Origin: Chiloscyllium plagiosum
Lineage: Eukaryota
Direction: 5' to 3'
Length of the DNA stretch: 43,696 nucleotides
NCBI RefSeq assembly: GCF_004010195.1
Contig: NC_057719.1
Coordinates: 51,865,583 to 51,909,278 of the forward strand
Position 1 is the first letter of the stretch, and each line of letters begins with the position of its first letter. A program made the position numbers and the translations under genes. This document shows positions 32,501 to 40,900 of the stretch, one piece after another. Below the pieces are notes generated by a model. That model was given only the letters and a program-made list of their open reading frames with translations, made no database searches and was not told where the DNA came from.

Positions 32501-33561
32501 CAAATAAAGCTAGCACTCCTCTTCACAAATGTGCAAACATACTCTTTTTGGGTTGAGTACATTAGCCATCTTGTAGCTCAGTCAAGCGTCCATAATCAGG
32601 TCATCTCAACGTCCAGATGCCTGGTCATTTGTTTAACATACCTTGTAGTAATTTGGCAGATGGACTCATTTTGAATGCGATGCTGATTTCCAACAATGGT
32701 TAACAGACAGGCCATAGTAGGAAACTATTTACAGTAAATGGAGTTTCTAAGTGTGTGCTTGAAACTCATATAATCTTTTAGATGTGCATGCAGGTGGGGA
32801 CACACTGAGTACAAATACAAAGAAAATTAGAGGTGGCTGACATATAAAATGCTCAGAAACCTACTTCATTAAAAACCACAATTTCTGCATTTAAATTTCT
32901 TGTTCAATACATTTTGTAATTTTCATTTTTATTTAGAATATAATAAGAAATTACCTTTGCAGTCAGGATTTCCCTTTCTGCTTCAAACTTTCTCTGTTTT
33001 TCATCTATCTCACTTTTCAAATTTGAGATATCTTTCCTTACAATAATAATTTTCTGTCGAACATCTCGTATATTGTCATATGTTTCATTCAATGCAATTT
33101 GGTCGCTGGTTCGCTTGTTCATCACAGTATTTAATAAGCCAACAACATCAGCATGTTGTACTCCTGCCTTTTGTCGTACAGTACTGAGAAAAGGAATGAT
33201 AGAGAAAATAGCAATGATAGATGAAAAAAAAAGGTTAATCCTAATGTGGTCAATGGCACAGAAATAATTACTTTGTAATGTTATTGCTAGACATTGACCC
33301 ATGCATTCTGATGGCCAGAGAGTCATTGGAGCAGGGCAGACTAGAAACCACCAGAAATGTTGAATATGTTGTTCAATGCTGCACGATGCATGTTGCTGAA
33401 AGACATGTCACGAACATGTGCTTACCACAGGGAGGCATTTTCTTTTTCCAGCCTATTGTATTCCTTCTCTAATGATTCAATTTGTTGTGTCAAAGTCTCA
33501 ATTTTTGCCTGCAGTTCTTTCAAGAGTGTTGCTTTTGACTCACGGGCAGCACGAATAGCGG
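8515..33561 (-). CDS. CCDC175: Multi-exon coiled-coil protein gene, CCDC175-like (8 internal coding exons in window; 5' and 3' exons not found)
   Basis: Eight GT-AG exons (136,229,123,110,82,137,111,72 nt) splice in matching phases into a stop-free frame of about 333 codons, rich in heptad E/K/L/Q. The segment AIRAARES...LNTVMNKRTSDQIALNETYDNI resembles recalled human CCDC175 VRDARRL...[22 protein letters not shown]. Confidence 0.8.
9933..10043 (-). CDS. CCDC175: CCDC175-like coding exon (111 nt, phase 2 to 2)
   Basis: Acceptor tttaacattccag, donor gtaag; encodes LAAVKDMLAVNEEHLSQIRKQNQELEEKIMSLQEKH. Confidence 0.82.
10195..10506. mobile_element. Palindromic Penelope pLTR element (second family) with degenerate hammerheads
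   Basis: Inverted arms ~10195-10322 and ~10342-10468; 12-bp TSD aacatttatact at 10183-10194 and 10507-10518; ctgatgatgttatctagtatggtga motif. Confidence 0.8.
10860..11523 (-). mobile_element. Ancient DeuSINE/SacSINE1-like element interrupted by the tRNA SINE
   Basis: Head with GGTTCAAGTCTCAC B box at ~11460-11520; Deu-domain-like ttgagtgataaatattgcccaggacac at ~11033-11060. Confidence 0.5.
11095..11320 (-). mobile_element. tRNA-derived SINE
   Basis: Minus-strand head with A box (TAACTCAGTTGG) and B box (GGTTCAATTCC); (CTTTA)-type tail. Confidence 0.7.
11610..11746 (-). CDS. CCDC175: CCDC175-like coding exon (137 nt, phase 0 to 2)
   Basis: Acceptor tattttctacag, donor gtaagt; encodes TKKSASDAQLLNQGLLHTSDSRHEALKKAKEYEIEIKVNFQNMSQ. 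Confidence 0.78.
12379..13269 (-). mobile_element. CR1 LINE 3' fragment
   Basis: LYRTLVRPLLEYCIQFWSP; (CTCTATGA)n tail. Confidence 0.9.
13280..13670 (+). repeat. G-rich low-complexity tract including G19 at 13347-13365
   Basis: Dense GGG runs. Confidence 0.7.
13749..14298 (+). mobile_element. 5'-truncated Penelope element (GIY-YIG end plus pLTR) with short inverted pLTR at its 5' end
   Basis: NVIYKILCKNCNKHNTGQTGTKLTTRIHEH; pLTR shared with the 10195 element; 13-bp TSD aatttccaaattt at 13736-13748 and 14299-14311. Confidence 0.85.
14770..15510 (-). mobile_element. Old degenerate LINE fragment (L2/CR1-like)
   Basis: Decayed RT-like sequence recalled from shark repeats; no intact ORF. Confidence 0.4.
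16871..17033 (-). mobile_element. HE1-type shark SINE, 3' part
   Basis: tagattccctacagtgtggaaacaggccctttggcccaacaagtccacac...gggcaatttagtatggccaattca, as recalled for HE1. Confidence 0.75.
17483..18001 (+). mobile_element. CR1 LINE 3' fragment (same family as 12379, opposite orientation)
   Basis: ERVQKRFTRMLPGLEDLSYRERL; ctctatgactctatgac tail. Confidence 0.9.
18437..18518 (-). CDS. CCDC175: CCDC175-like coding exon (82 nt, phase 2 to 0)
   Basis: Acceptor ttttaatttcaatag, donor gttgga; encodes QNIIRELNNLTENIRKEVEILHTRILQ. Confidence 0.77.
19427..19536 (-). CDS. CCDC175: CCDC175-like coding exon (110 nt, phase 0 to 2)
   Basis: Acceptor ctcccaatctttgcag, donor gtaata; encodes KNEQLKMHIKNLKKQEDNIQTKYNEDVELAEQLIAQ. 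Confidence 0.78.
20807..21368 (-). repeat. ERV 3' LTR (562 bp)
   Basis: Direct repeat of the 5' LTR; preceded on minus strand by a purine tract; AATAAA at 20866-20871 (minus). Confidence 0.93.
20866..20871 (-). terminator. Polyadenylation signal in 3' LTR
   Basis: AATAAA about 60 nt from the LTR end; the same position reads AATCAA in the 5' LTR. Confidence 0.65.
21369..21385 (-). promoter_or_regulatory. Polypurine tract
   Basis: AAAAACAAAAGGGAT immediately before the TG of the 3' LTR on minus strand. Confidence 0.75.
21437..21702 (-). pseudogene. env: ERV env remnant (membrane-proximal region, TM anchor and cytoplasmic tail only)
   Basis: ITGWLES*FRKWKGVVVSILTSLIVVAGVLVTIGCCIIPCVRGLTQQLIETAL joined directly to the IN C-terminus GDWVLIKSW. 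Confidence 0.85.
25011..25045 (-). ncRNA. Minimal type I hammerhead ribozyme (mirror copy)
   Basis: Exact reverse complement of the ribozyme at 25059-25093. Confidence 0.8.
25059..25093 (+). ncRNA. Minimal type I hammerhead ribozyme (Penelope type)
   Basis: CAC-CUGAUGA-A-GGAGC(GUC)GCUCC-GAA-AGCU-A/GUG: intact core, stem II, palindromic stem III AGCU, stem I CAC/GUG. Confidence 0.8.
25213..26806 (-). pseudogene. gag: ERV gag, two frameshifts (near 26150 and 25680)
   Basis: MGS start; MA motifs; PTAP and PPPY; CA (QGRDETPLAFLQRLR); CCHC knuckle CYYCGKTGHFKREC; TAG stop at 25213-25215. Confidence 0.93.
26886..26894 (-). promoter_or_regulatory. Putative ERV major splice donor in leader
   Basis: CAAG/GTAAG(A) consensus between PBS and gag ATG; duplicated at 27629-27637 in the 5' LTR insert. 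Confidence 0.65.
27081..27100 (-). promoter_or_regulatory. Primer binding site, tRNA-Pro-like
   Basis: TGGGGGCTCGTGTCCGAGAT begins 2 nt after the 5' LTR; canonical Pro PBS is TGGGGGCTCGTCCGGGAT (2-nt insertion plus 1 mismatch). Confidence 0.85.
27103..27925 (-). repeat. ERV 5' LTR (823 bp, includes a 247-bp captured leader/gag segment)
   Basis: Direct repeat of 20807-21368, about 96% identical over the first ~250 aligned bp; 7-bp terminal inverted repeat; adjacent to PBS. Confidence 0.93.
28148..28790 (+). mobile_element. Degenerate CR1 ORF1 remnant
   Basis: MAGQAMCCGCNMC zinc-finger-like start and CLPGARVQDI-like esterase motif; many disruptions. Confidence 0.6.
28850..29155 (-). mobile_element. 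CR1 RT fragment
   Basis: Reverse complement of the RT core (GIN..FTEWQAMT, DLD.GT.CKISK.A.DTKL). Confidence 0.7.
29785..29922. mobile_element. Short Penelope pLTR inverted fragment inserted in an older Penelope remnant (~29700-30025)
   Basis: Same family as 24923 and 37317; 12-bp TSD tgttccaatgaa at 29773-29784 and 29923-29934; degenerate hammerhead. Confidence 0.75.
30169..30291 (-). CDS. CCDC175: CCDC175-like coding exon (123 nt, phase 0 to 0)
   Basis: Acceptor ttattttag, donor gtaag; encodes LTDVQLLIENQNAANVEKKRNLDELNAELQKLHNNLTIQEM. Confidence 0.83.
31155..32490 (+). mobile_element. Degenerate CR1 LINE ORF2 (RT to 3' end)
   Basis: KGKSSLTNLLEFFE, DVVYLNFEKAFDKV, SGTPQG, FADDTKL; gggctgaatggcct 3' motif. 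Confidence 0.88.
32955..33183 (-). CDS. CCDC175: CCDC175-like coding exon (229 nt, phase 2 to 0)
   Basis: Acceptor cattccttttctcag, donor gtaatt; encodes TVRQKAGVQHADVVGLLNTVMNKRTSDQIALNETYDNIRDVRQK...EREILTAK. Confidence 0.87.
33426..33561 (-). CDS. CCDC175: CCDC175-like coding exon (136 nt, phase 1 to 2)
   Basis: Acceptor ttttttgcttag, donor gtaag; encodes AIRAARESKATLLKELQAKIETLTQQIESLEKEYNRLEKENASL. Confidence 0.85.
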
Positions 33562-34875
33562 CTAAGCAAAAAAGAAACAGCTTTACTCTTTAAGAAAAAG
33601 GTCACATTTTAGTGAAGCTTCAATCAGTTCTGTATTTGAGAAGTTCATTTTTTTAAAGCTCCTCTCAACCCATAGGACATCAAATACAAATTAGCAAAAA
33701 GAAATGCCTGACATTGAGGATATCTTTTTTTAAAAAAAACTTTGGACGATGCTAAAATGGCTCTGGAATCTCAAATTACCTCAGAAAATGGTGAAGAACT
33801 GCCTTTGTCCTAGTTCTGATGATGCTAATAACAATTCCACCATCCAAAAACTATATTTCAACATATATTTACCAGCACAAGTACACATGTGTAAGGGATA
33901 ACAAGCAAATAACAGTTGAATTGGACATGTCATTAATAAAGTTAATAGTTTACCATTTGGAATGTTGTCCAATTTGTTTTGAAAGTCAGTTTAAAACAAA
34001 ACAACTGCTAAAGACTAAAACAACTGCTAAAGCATCTCTTATGATCCAAAAGTTATGGATTTAAATACATTGCATAATTAACAATTATATCTCAATTCTA
34101 CAGAGATATTTCACACTGAGAGCACCAGACAAAACCAGAGGTACCTTCTGATCTCAACAGTCATAAAGAAAGCAAATGGAGTTTAAAGAAGAATTAAGTC
34201 TACCCTTAACTGAAAAAAATGCATGATAATAATATTCATTAGAATGAAACTGTTTTAACACCAATCTACAGGAATGATCAAGAGCATATTTCTTACATGG
34301 TCCTATAAACTGTAAGACTTCCTGAAACATTCATTTCTAGAATGCCATTTCTGTCTGCTGCATGGAGCCTGTTGTTGACTGGCTGATATCCAAAACTGAA
34401 CAAAGTGGTCAAATAATTTTTGTATATTCCAACCTCAGCAGTTTCTGAATAAATATATTTCAAACATGCTAGACCAAGGTCCTTTCACACCTAATCTTTC
34501 TTTGAAGATGCTCCCAGTACTTCAACAGGGTGGTAACTACATTACATAATTACATTATACAAATAATCCAAAGTGATGTTAACTTGGTTATTGGTTTTCT
34601 CATCGTCAGGAAAAATATCTACCTGGTCAAGCTTAAAACAGAACTTTTTTAGAATTCTGGTATGGCCTAACATGAAATCAGTAGCCACCATCAGAAAGAT
34701 GGTAGCTGAAATGAAGACTATCATTTAGCCTTGCTTGACCTCAGTCTGGAATTTGAAGGGGTCTGAGAGATGCATGATTGTGATGACATTTCCTGGACAT
34801 CAAATCATGTGAGACACTATTCACCACGTCTTGCAATTTATTGAGCTAAACGCTTTGATCAGGTTGTGTAGCAAT

Positions 34876-35098
34876 TGTAATGAGATCAGCCTGGTGGACC
34901 TCATAGCATATGAGTTCTTTGATTGGGGCGGTTAATCTGATCCAATCAGGAAGCCTTGACTGACAAAAATAAACAGGAGTGTCAGAGATTCTGTTCGCTC
35001 TGAGGGCTGGCTCACAGGAAGCTGGATCAATGTCAAGAACCATGTGTAAATAAAGGGTAACTTGGTGAAAGGATGTTGGCCTCTATGGAGTTATTTCA
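34876..35098 (+). mobile_element. Solo LTR (probably Gypsy)
   Basis: TGTAAT...ATTTCA termini, CCAAT box, AATAAA near 3' end; no clear TSD. Confidence 0.6.
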
Positions 35099-35284
35099 AA
35101 CTTCTGAATGCAATGAAGAGTTTCTGGTTCTCAAGAAAAGTCATTGGACTTGACTGTCTGTCTGTCTCTCTCTCTAAATCATGCAAGATCTACAGTGTCT
35201 TCTGCATTTTCTAGTTTTATTTCAAATTTCCAGCATCTGCAATATTTTGCTTTTATTAGATTCTTTCCTGCTGTTACTCTCGAG

Positions 35285-35452
35285 ATTTCTTTTGGATTTG
35301 TCTGGCAATGAAGACCATGCCAGAGGTTTTTCTGGAAGGTTAAAAAGCCACAATTTGCCTCTGGCAGGAGTTCTTCAGCCATTGGAAGCTGGTGATTCAA
35401 GAGAATGTCTGTCAGTGTCCCTGCTATGGACACGAGAGAGATTGAACTTTCC
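35285..35452 (-). mobile_element. RTE/BovB-like LINE RT fragment
   Basis: ISLVSIAGTLTDILLNHQLPMAEELLPEANCGF resembles the RTE motif GISLLSIAGKILARILLNRL...LPESQCGF. Confidence 0.65.
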
Positions 35453-35454
35453 CC

Positions 35455-35815
35455 AACATAAAAACAGGAGGAGGCCATTCAGCCCAACTGGCCTGCTATA
35501 TTATTCAATACGATTGTAGCTAATTCAACATTTCAATCCTTCTTACACACCATACCCATAATCCTGTATGCCATTAGTAGTTAGAAATCCTCAACACAAA
35601 AAAAAATCCTCGACAGCCCTTTGTGGTAGAGATTTCCAAAGATTCACAATCCTCTTCATAATAAAGTTCTCATCTCAGGCCTAGGTGACAGGCCCTTTAC
35701 TTTTAAATTGTGACCCCCCCCCAGCTCTAGACTCCCCAACCAGGGGAAAGATCTTACTTTCATCTATCCTATCTACCCATTTAATGATATTATAAGTTTC
35801 AACAAGATCACCCCA
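35455..35815 (-). mobile_element. CR1 3' fragment
   Basis: ggccattcagccc stem-loop and CR1-type 3' region. Confidence 0.7.
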
Positions 35816-36377
35816 GTATCTAATAACAATCTGCAAACATAAATGCCAAATGGGATTGGTTCAGTTTTGGCTTGGAGATAATTAAGTTTGCATTAAGATT
35901 CAGTTTCAATGAGTTCCCATGACTTGGATAACTCTTCTAGTTATCTTCAGGTTTCAAAAAGTTTGAAATAATCACACTTTACGTTTGAAAAGGTTAGAGT
36001 TCTTTTTTTAATGTTAACATGCTAGGTTGCGAGATGGCAGTCCTGTCTCCAATGCAGCCCCATGTTGACCCCTGGAATTCATACATTTGGTTCCTGGCTG
36101 ATTAGTTGGTCATTATGGACAACAAAAGATGGCTCTTATTTTAAAACACAATGTTCCTTGTCACTATAACTGATAGCATCATTAACTTTTCTACATTAAA
36201 GTTCACCAGTTAACATTTTTGGGAAATAAACTGAACACTTTATAGTCTTTTATAGAATGTACTCTTCTCTAAAAATATTATCATTTGAGCCATACTGTGA
36301 ATAAGATGTGCCTCCATCTTGAAAATTTGTAATTCATTGTTGTTCGTGGTGAATTGGCACTCTACACAGACATTTTT

Positions 36378-36640
36378 GAGAGTGTGTTGCTGGAAAAGCA
36401 CAGCAGGTCAGGCAGCATCCGAGGAGCAGGAAAATCGATGTTTTGGACAGGAGCCCTTCAACAGGAATGAGGTTGGGAGCCTCGGGGGTGGAGAGATAAA
36501 TGGGAGGGGGGGGGGGAGTGAGGCTGGGAGAAGGTAGCTGAGAGTGCAAAAGGTGGATAGAAGTGGGGGTAAAGGTGATAGGTCGGAGACGAGGGTGGAG
36601 CAGATAGGCGGGAAGGAAGATTGACAGGTGGGACAGGTCA
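36378..36640 (-). mobile_element. Penelope pLTR fragment (third family) with degenerate hammerhead at ~36434-36468
   Basis: Minus strand ttcCTGTTGAagggctcctgtccAAAAcatcga resembles CTGATGA-stem-GAAACGTC, followed by the ctcggatgctgcctgacctgctgtgcttttccagc tail. Confidence 0.65.
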
Positions 36641-36739
36641 CTTTGCATGTTGCTCCTGTTGTTGTAGGAGTTCATGCTTACTTTTACTAACTGTGTCTTG
36701 CTCAGTAGTGATGTTGTTCTTCTGGTTTTCCAGCTTAAT

Positions 36740-37200
36740 TGTAGGTTGGATATAGACTATTTCTTGTCATTTGCTTCCCAGTTTTGGTTTCAATTATATA
36801 TGGCTTTGGGGTCTCAGGTTCAGCAGCAATTTGGCTCCACATTTTCATTGTTGGGTCCTGTATGTGTACAATGTGTTCTTTCAAAAGCTCAAATAGTGAT
36901 TTAACATTTTAAGTGCTGACATGCACTTTCTGTGCTTCAGTAAGTTGTCTCACTAATTCCCGGTCACTTGCAGTATATGTTTTGTTTGTATTTTGTAGTA
37001 TCATTTATGAATTTGGATTTAGAGGTAAATGAGTTGTTGGTTTTTGTTCTGTGAATGTGATTTATCTGTCTTAACAGATCAGAAAGTTACATTTGAACAA
37101 TGATTACAGACATAATTTTTAGGAAAACACGTGAACTAAGCTAAATGACTAAATAAAAAACTTGGAGAGTTAAATGAGGCAATGCTTACAAAGTTTAACT
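36740..37200 (-). mobile_element. Gypsy integrase C-terminal remnant
   Basis: VHIQDPTMKMWS...PETPKPYIIETKTGKQMTRN resembles the Gypsy IN tail PRSYIVET..G..LRRN; boundaries approximate. Confidence 0.5.
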
Positions 37201-37386
37201 TCTCCTTGTTATGATCTCAGCTGATGTTGCTACTGGACAAGTCAGACCCCAGACTCAGATCTGACTTGGTAATTTTTTTAAAATTACAGTTTGTTCCAAT
37301 ATAACATCATGATTGGGAGGTGCCGGGGTGTACAAAGCTAAAAATCACACAACACCAGGTGATAATCCAACAGGTTTATTTGGAAG

Positions 37387-37421
37387 CACTAGCTTTCGGA
37401 GTGCTGCTCCTTCATCAGGTG
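37387..37421 (-). ncRNA. Minimal hammerhead ribozyme in Penelope 3' pLTR
   Basis: CAC CUGAUGA A GGAGC AGC ACUCC GAAAGCUA GUG; core intact, one stem II mismatch. The inverted copy at 40964-40998 has CUGAUUA (core mutated). Confidence 0.7.
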
Positions 37422-37926
37422 GTTGTGGTATCTAAGATCTTAAGAAACAGAATTTATAGCAAAAGTTTACAGTGTGATGTAACCAAAATTACATATTGAA
37501 AATGATCTGGATTGTTTGTTAAATCTCTCATCTTTTAGAATAAATATATTGGTTTCAGTTCTTTCATATGTAAATCCCAGAACTTTTCTAAAGTTACATT
37601 CTCAAATGAATTTTGACAATAGGTGCCACGTTGGCCCAGACAATGCATTGAAGGTGTGACGTGTCCTGTGTGAGACTTTCTGTGCCCCAATGTTCAGACC
37701 GATTTTAATCTAAAAAAGGGACTTATAGAATCTTATGTGGATTCATGCCGCTTTTGAGCAAAATAAAAAGTAATTCCGCAAGTACAAATTCACTCCACAA
37801 ATGTATGTGTGTGTGCATGTGTATGTGCATGAGTGTAGAGGGGTATACGTCTGTGAGAGGGTGCGTGTGAGGGTGTGTATGTGTGACTGTATGACAGAGA
37901 GTTTATGTATGAGAGAGGGTCTGCAT

Positions 37927-37928
<2 letters not shown>

Positions 37929-37960
<32 letters not shown>
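37929..37960. repeat. (GT)n microsatellite within the Penelope pLTR
   Basis: About 16 GT units; CA-rich mirror at ~40330-40585. Confidence 0.9.
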
Positions 37961-37961
<1 letters not shown>

Positions 37962-40900
37962 CGGGTCACCTGTAGTGTGACATGACCCAAGGTCCTGGTT
38001 GAGGCCATCCCCATGAGTACCAACCTTGGCTATCAGCCTCTGTTTGGCCACTTTGCGTTGTAGCCTGTCACAAAGTCTGCCTTGTCTGTTAATTGTTGTG
38101 TAGTGTCCATTCATCCGTTGCTGTAGCCTCTGCTTAGTCTCGCCAATGCACCATACCTCAGGGCATCCTTGCCTGCAGTGTTATGAGATAGATAATGTTG
38201 GCTGAGTCACATGAGTACCTGCCACGTACAAGGTGGGAGGTGTCCCCACGTGTAAGGTTGGTATCCATGTCCACACTCTGACACGTCGTGCAGCATCTAC
38301 CATGACAAGGTTGCATGGTGTTGTCCTGAAAGCCGGGCAGTTTGCTACGAACAATGATCTGTTTGAGGTTTGGTGGTTGTTTAAAGGCGAGCAGTGGAGG
38401 TGTGGGCAAGGTCTTGGTGAGGTGCTCATCCTCACTGATAATGTGTTGCAGGCTGTGAAGAACATGGCGTAGTTTTTCAGCTCCTGGGAAACACTGGACA
38501 ACGAAGGGTACCCTGTTGGTTAGAGCTTGTGTCTGTCTCCTGAGGAGGTCATTATGGTTTCTCGCTGTGGCACATTGGTACTGGCAGTCAATGATTTGAG
38601 CATTGTATCCTGTTCTTATGAGGGCATCCTTGAGTATTTCCAAGTGCTCGACACGTTCCTCGTCATCTGGACAGATCCTGTGTAAGCATAGGGCTTGTCT
38701 GTAGGGAATGGTTGTTTTAATGCATTTAGGGTGGAAGCTGGAGAAGTGTAGCATTGTGAGAATAGGTGCTGAGGTGCCCATCCTTGATGGAGATGCACAT
38801 GACCAAGAATAAGACAGGTAGTAGAGAGTAGTTTATGGTGAGTTTGATGGTGGGATGAAATTTGTTGATATCACTGTGTAGCTGTTTCAGAGACTCCTCT
38901 CCATGGGTCCAGAGGAAAAAAATGTCGTCCGTGTAACTGGTGCATAGTGTTGGTTGGACATCCTGCGAAGAGAAGAAGTCTTGTTCGAATTGTGCATGGA
39001 AATGTTGGCATATTGGGGTGCAAATTTGGTCCCCATGGATGTTCTGTGTGTCTGGATAAAGAACTGGTTGTCAAAGGTGAAAATGTTGTGGTTGAGGATA
39101 AAGCGGATGAGTTGTAGGATGGTGTTTGGAGATTGGCAGTTGTTGGTGTTGAGTACTGAGGCTATTGCCGCGATGCTGTCATTGTGGGGGATGCTGGTGT
39201 AGAGTGCGGAAATGTCCATTGTGACAAGGAGTGTTCCTGGTTCTACTGGCCCATGGGTGCTGAGTTTCTGTAAGATATCTGTAGTGTCACGACAGAAGCT
39301 GGGGGTCCCCTGTACAATGGGTTTCAAGGTGCCTATGACAGAGCCAGAGAGGTTCCCACACAGGGTCCCATTGCCTGATACAATGGGACGTCCTGGTGTA
39401 TTGGCTTTGTGTATTTTCAGAAGGCAGTAGAAGTCACCTATGTGAGATGTACATGGGATGAGGGCACATAAGGAACCCTGAAGGATTGGATCAGAAGTCT
39501 TGATCAATGTGTTTAGTTCACAGGTATGTTCTTTGGTCAGGTCAGCCGGTAGTTGCCTGTAATGTTTCTGGCTGTTCAGTTGTCAGTACACTTCCTTGCA
39601 GTAAACTGTTCTATTCTGAATGATGATGGCTCCTCCTTTTGCTACTAGTTTGATGACAATGTTGCGATTGGTTTTGAGAGCATGGATGACGTTGCATTGT
39701 GATCGAGTGATGTTTTGCTCTACCTTGTGGGTGTAGCTGATGAATCTGGCATTTATATATTTCCTGACGGTTTGAGCATACATATCAAGCCCAGGACAGT
39801 GGCCCTCCGGTGGGGTGTAAGTTGACTCTTCTTTGGTCACCCCTCTACGAATCCCTGTGATGACTGTTCCGGTTCCTCGGTGGGCTCATTGGGATCACTG
39901 CTGGCATCTTGAAAGAATTCCGTGAGTCTCATTTGTCTGATGAATTCCTCAATGTCTGCTGCAAGACCCATGGGGTCCATTTTGGTGATGGGGCAGAAAT
40001 TGAGATCCCTGCTAAGAACTTCAATCTCTTCCTGTTGAAAGGAATGGATGGACAAATTGACGATCGACTTCCCCTGTGGTGCCAGGACGGGCTTGGCTAC
40101 TGCTGGTGGTGGTGCCAAGTTTCTCTAATTTCTTGTTCTTGTTTTGCATGTACGTGGTGTGCTTTTGTTGCCCTGCCTGTTTGGCAAAGTTTTGTAACTG
40201 TACTGCTGTATCCTGAGTGTGGGATGAGAGTGTGGACTCCATCTTAATTTCAATGTTGTGGTGCCTGCTGTAGAGTTGGTGCACAAGATGATTGAGGAGC
40301 TTGCAAGAGGTGCAGTGGCAAAGTCTCTCTCTCACACACACACACAGACACAGACACTCCTACAGACAGAGAGGCAGACACACACATCTCCCCAAAGACA
40401 CACACACACACTCCTACAGATCCATACACTCACGCAGACCCTTTCTCATACACAAGCGCTCTCTCTCATATGCTCATACATACATACTCACACACGCCTC
40501 TCACAGACTTATACTCCTTTACACTCACACTCACACACATACACTCACTCTCAGATACCCATACCCCCCTGCACACACACACATATGTAGGTTTGTGGGG
40601 TGAATTTGTACTTGCAGAATTATATTTTGTTTTGCTCAAAAATTGCGTGAATATATTCTGTAAATCCCTATTTTTGATTAGAATCAGTCTGAACATTGGG
40701 GCACAGACAGCCTCACAAGGGCACCTCACACCTTCAATACATTATCTGGGCCAACATGGCACCTATTGTTCAAGTTCACTTGAGAATGTAACTTTAAAAA
40801 AGTTCTGGGATTTACATATGAAAGAACTGAAACCAACATGGTCATTCTAAAAGATGAGAGATTTAACAAACAATCCAGGTCTTTTTCAATATATAATTTC

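Noticed and set aside
32904..33326. 140-aa single-exon gene with a hydrophobic N-terminus
   Set aside because: Only 32955-33183 is exon; the hydrophobic part is translated polypyrimidine intron.
40258..40850. His/Thr-rich ORFs
   Set aside because: Translations of the CA-rich microsatellite region of the Penelope pLTR.
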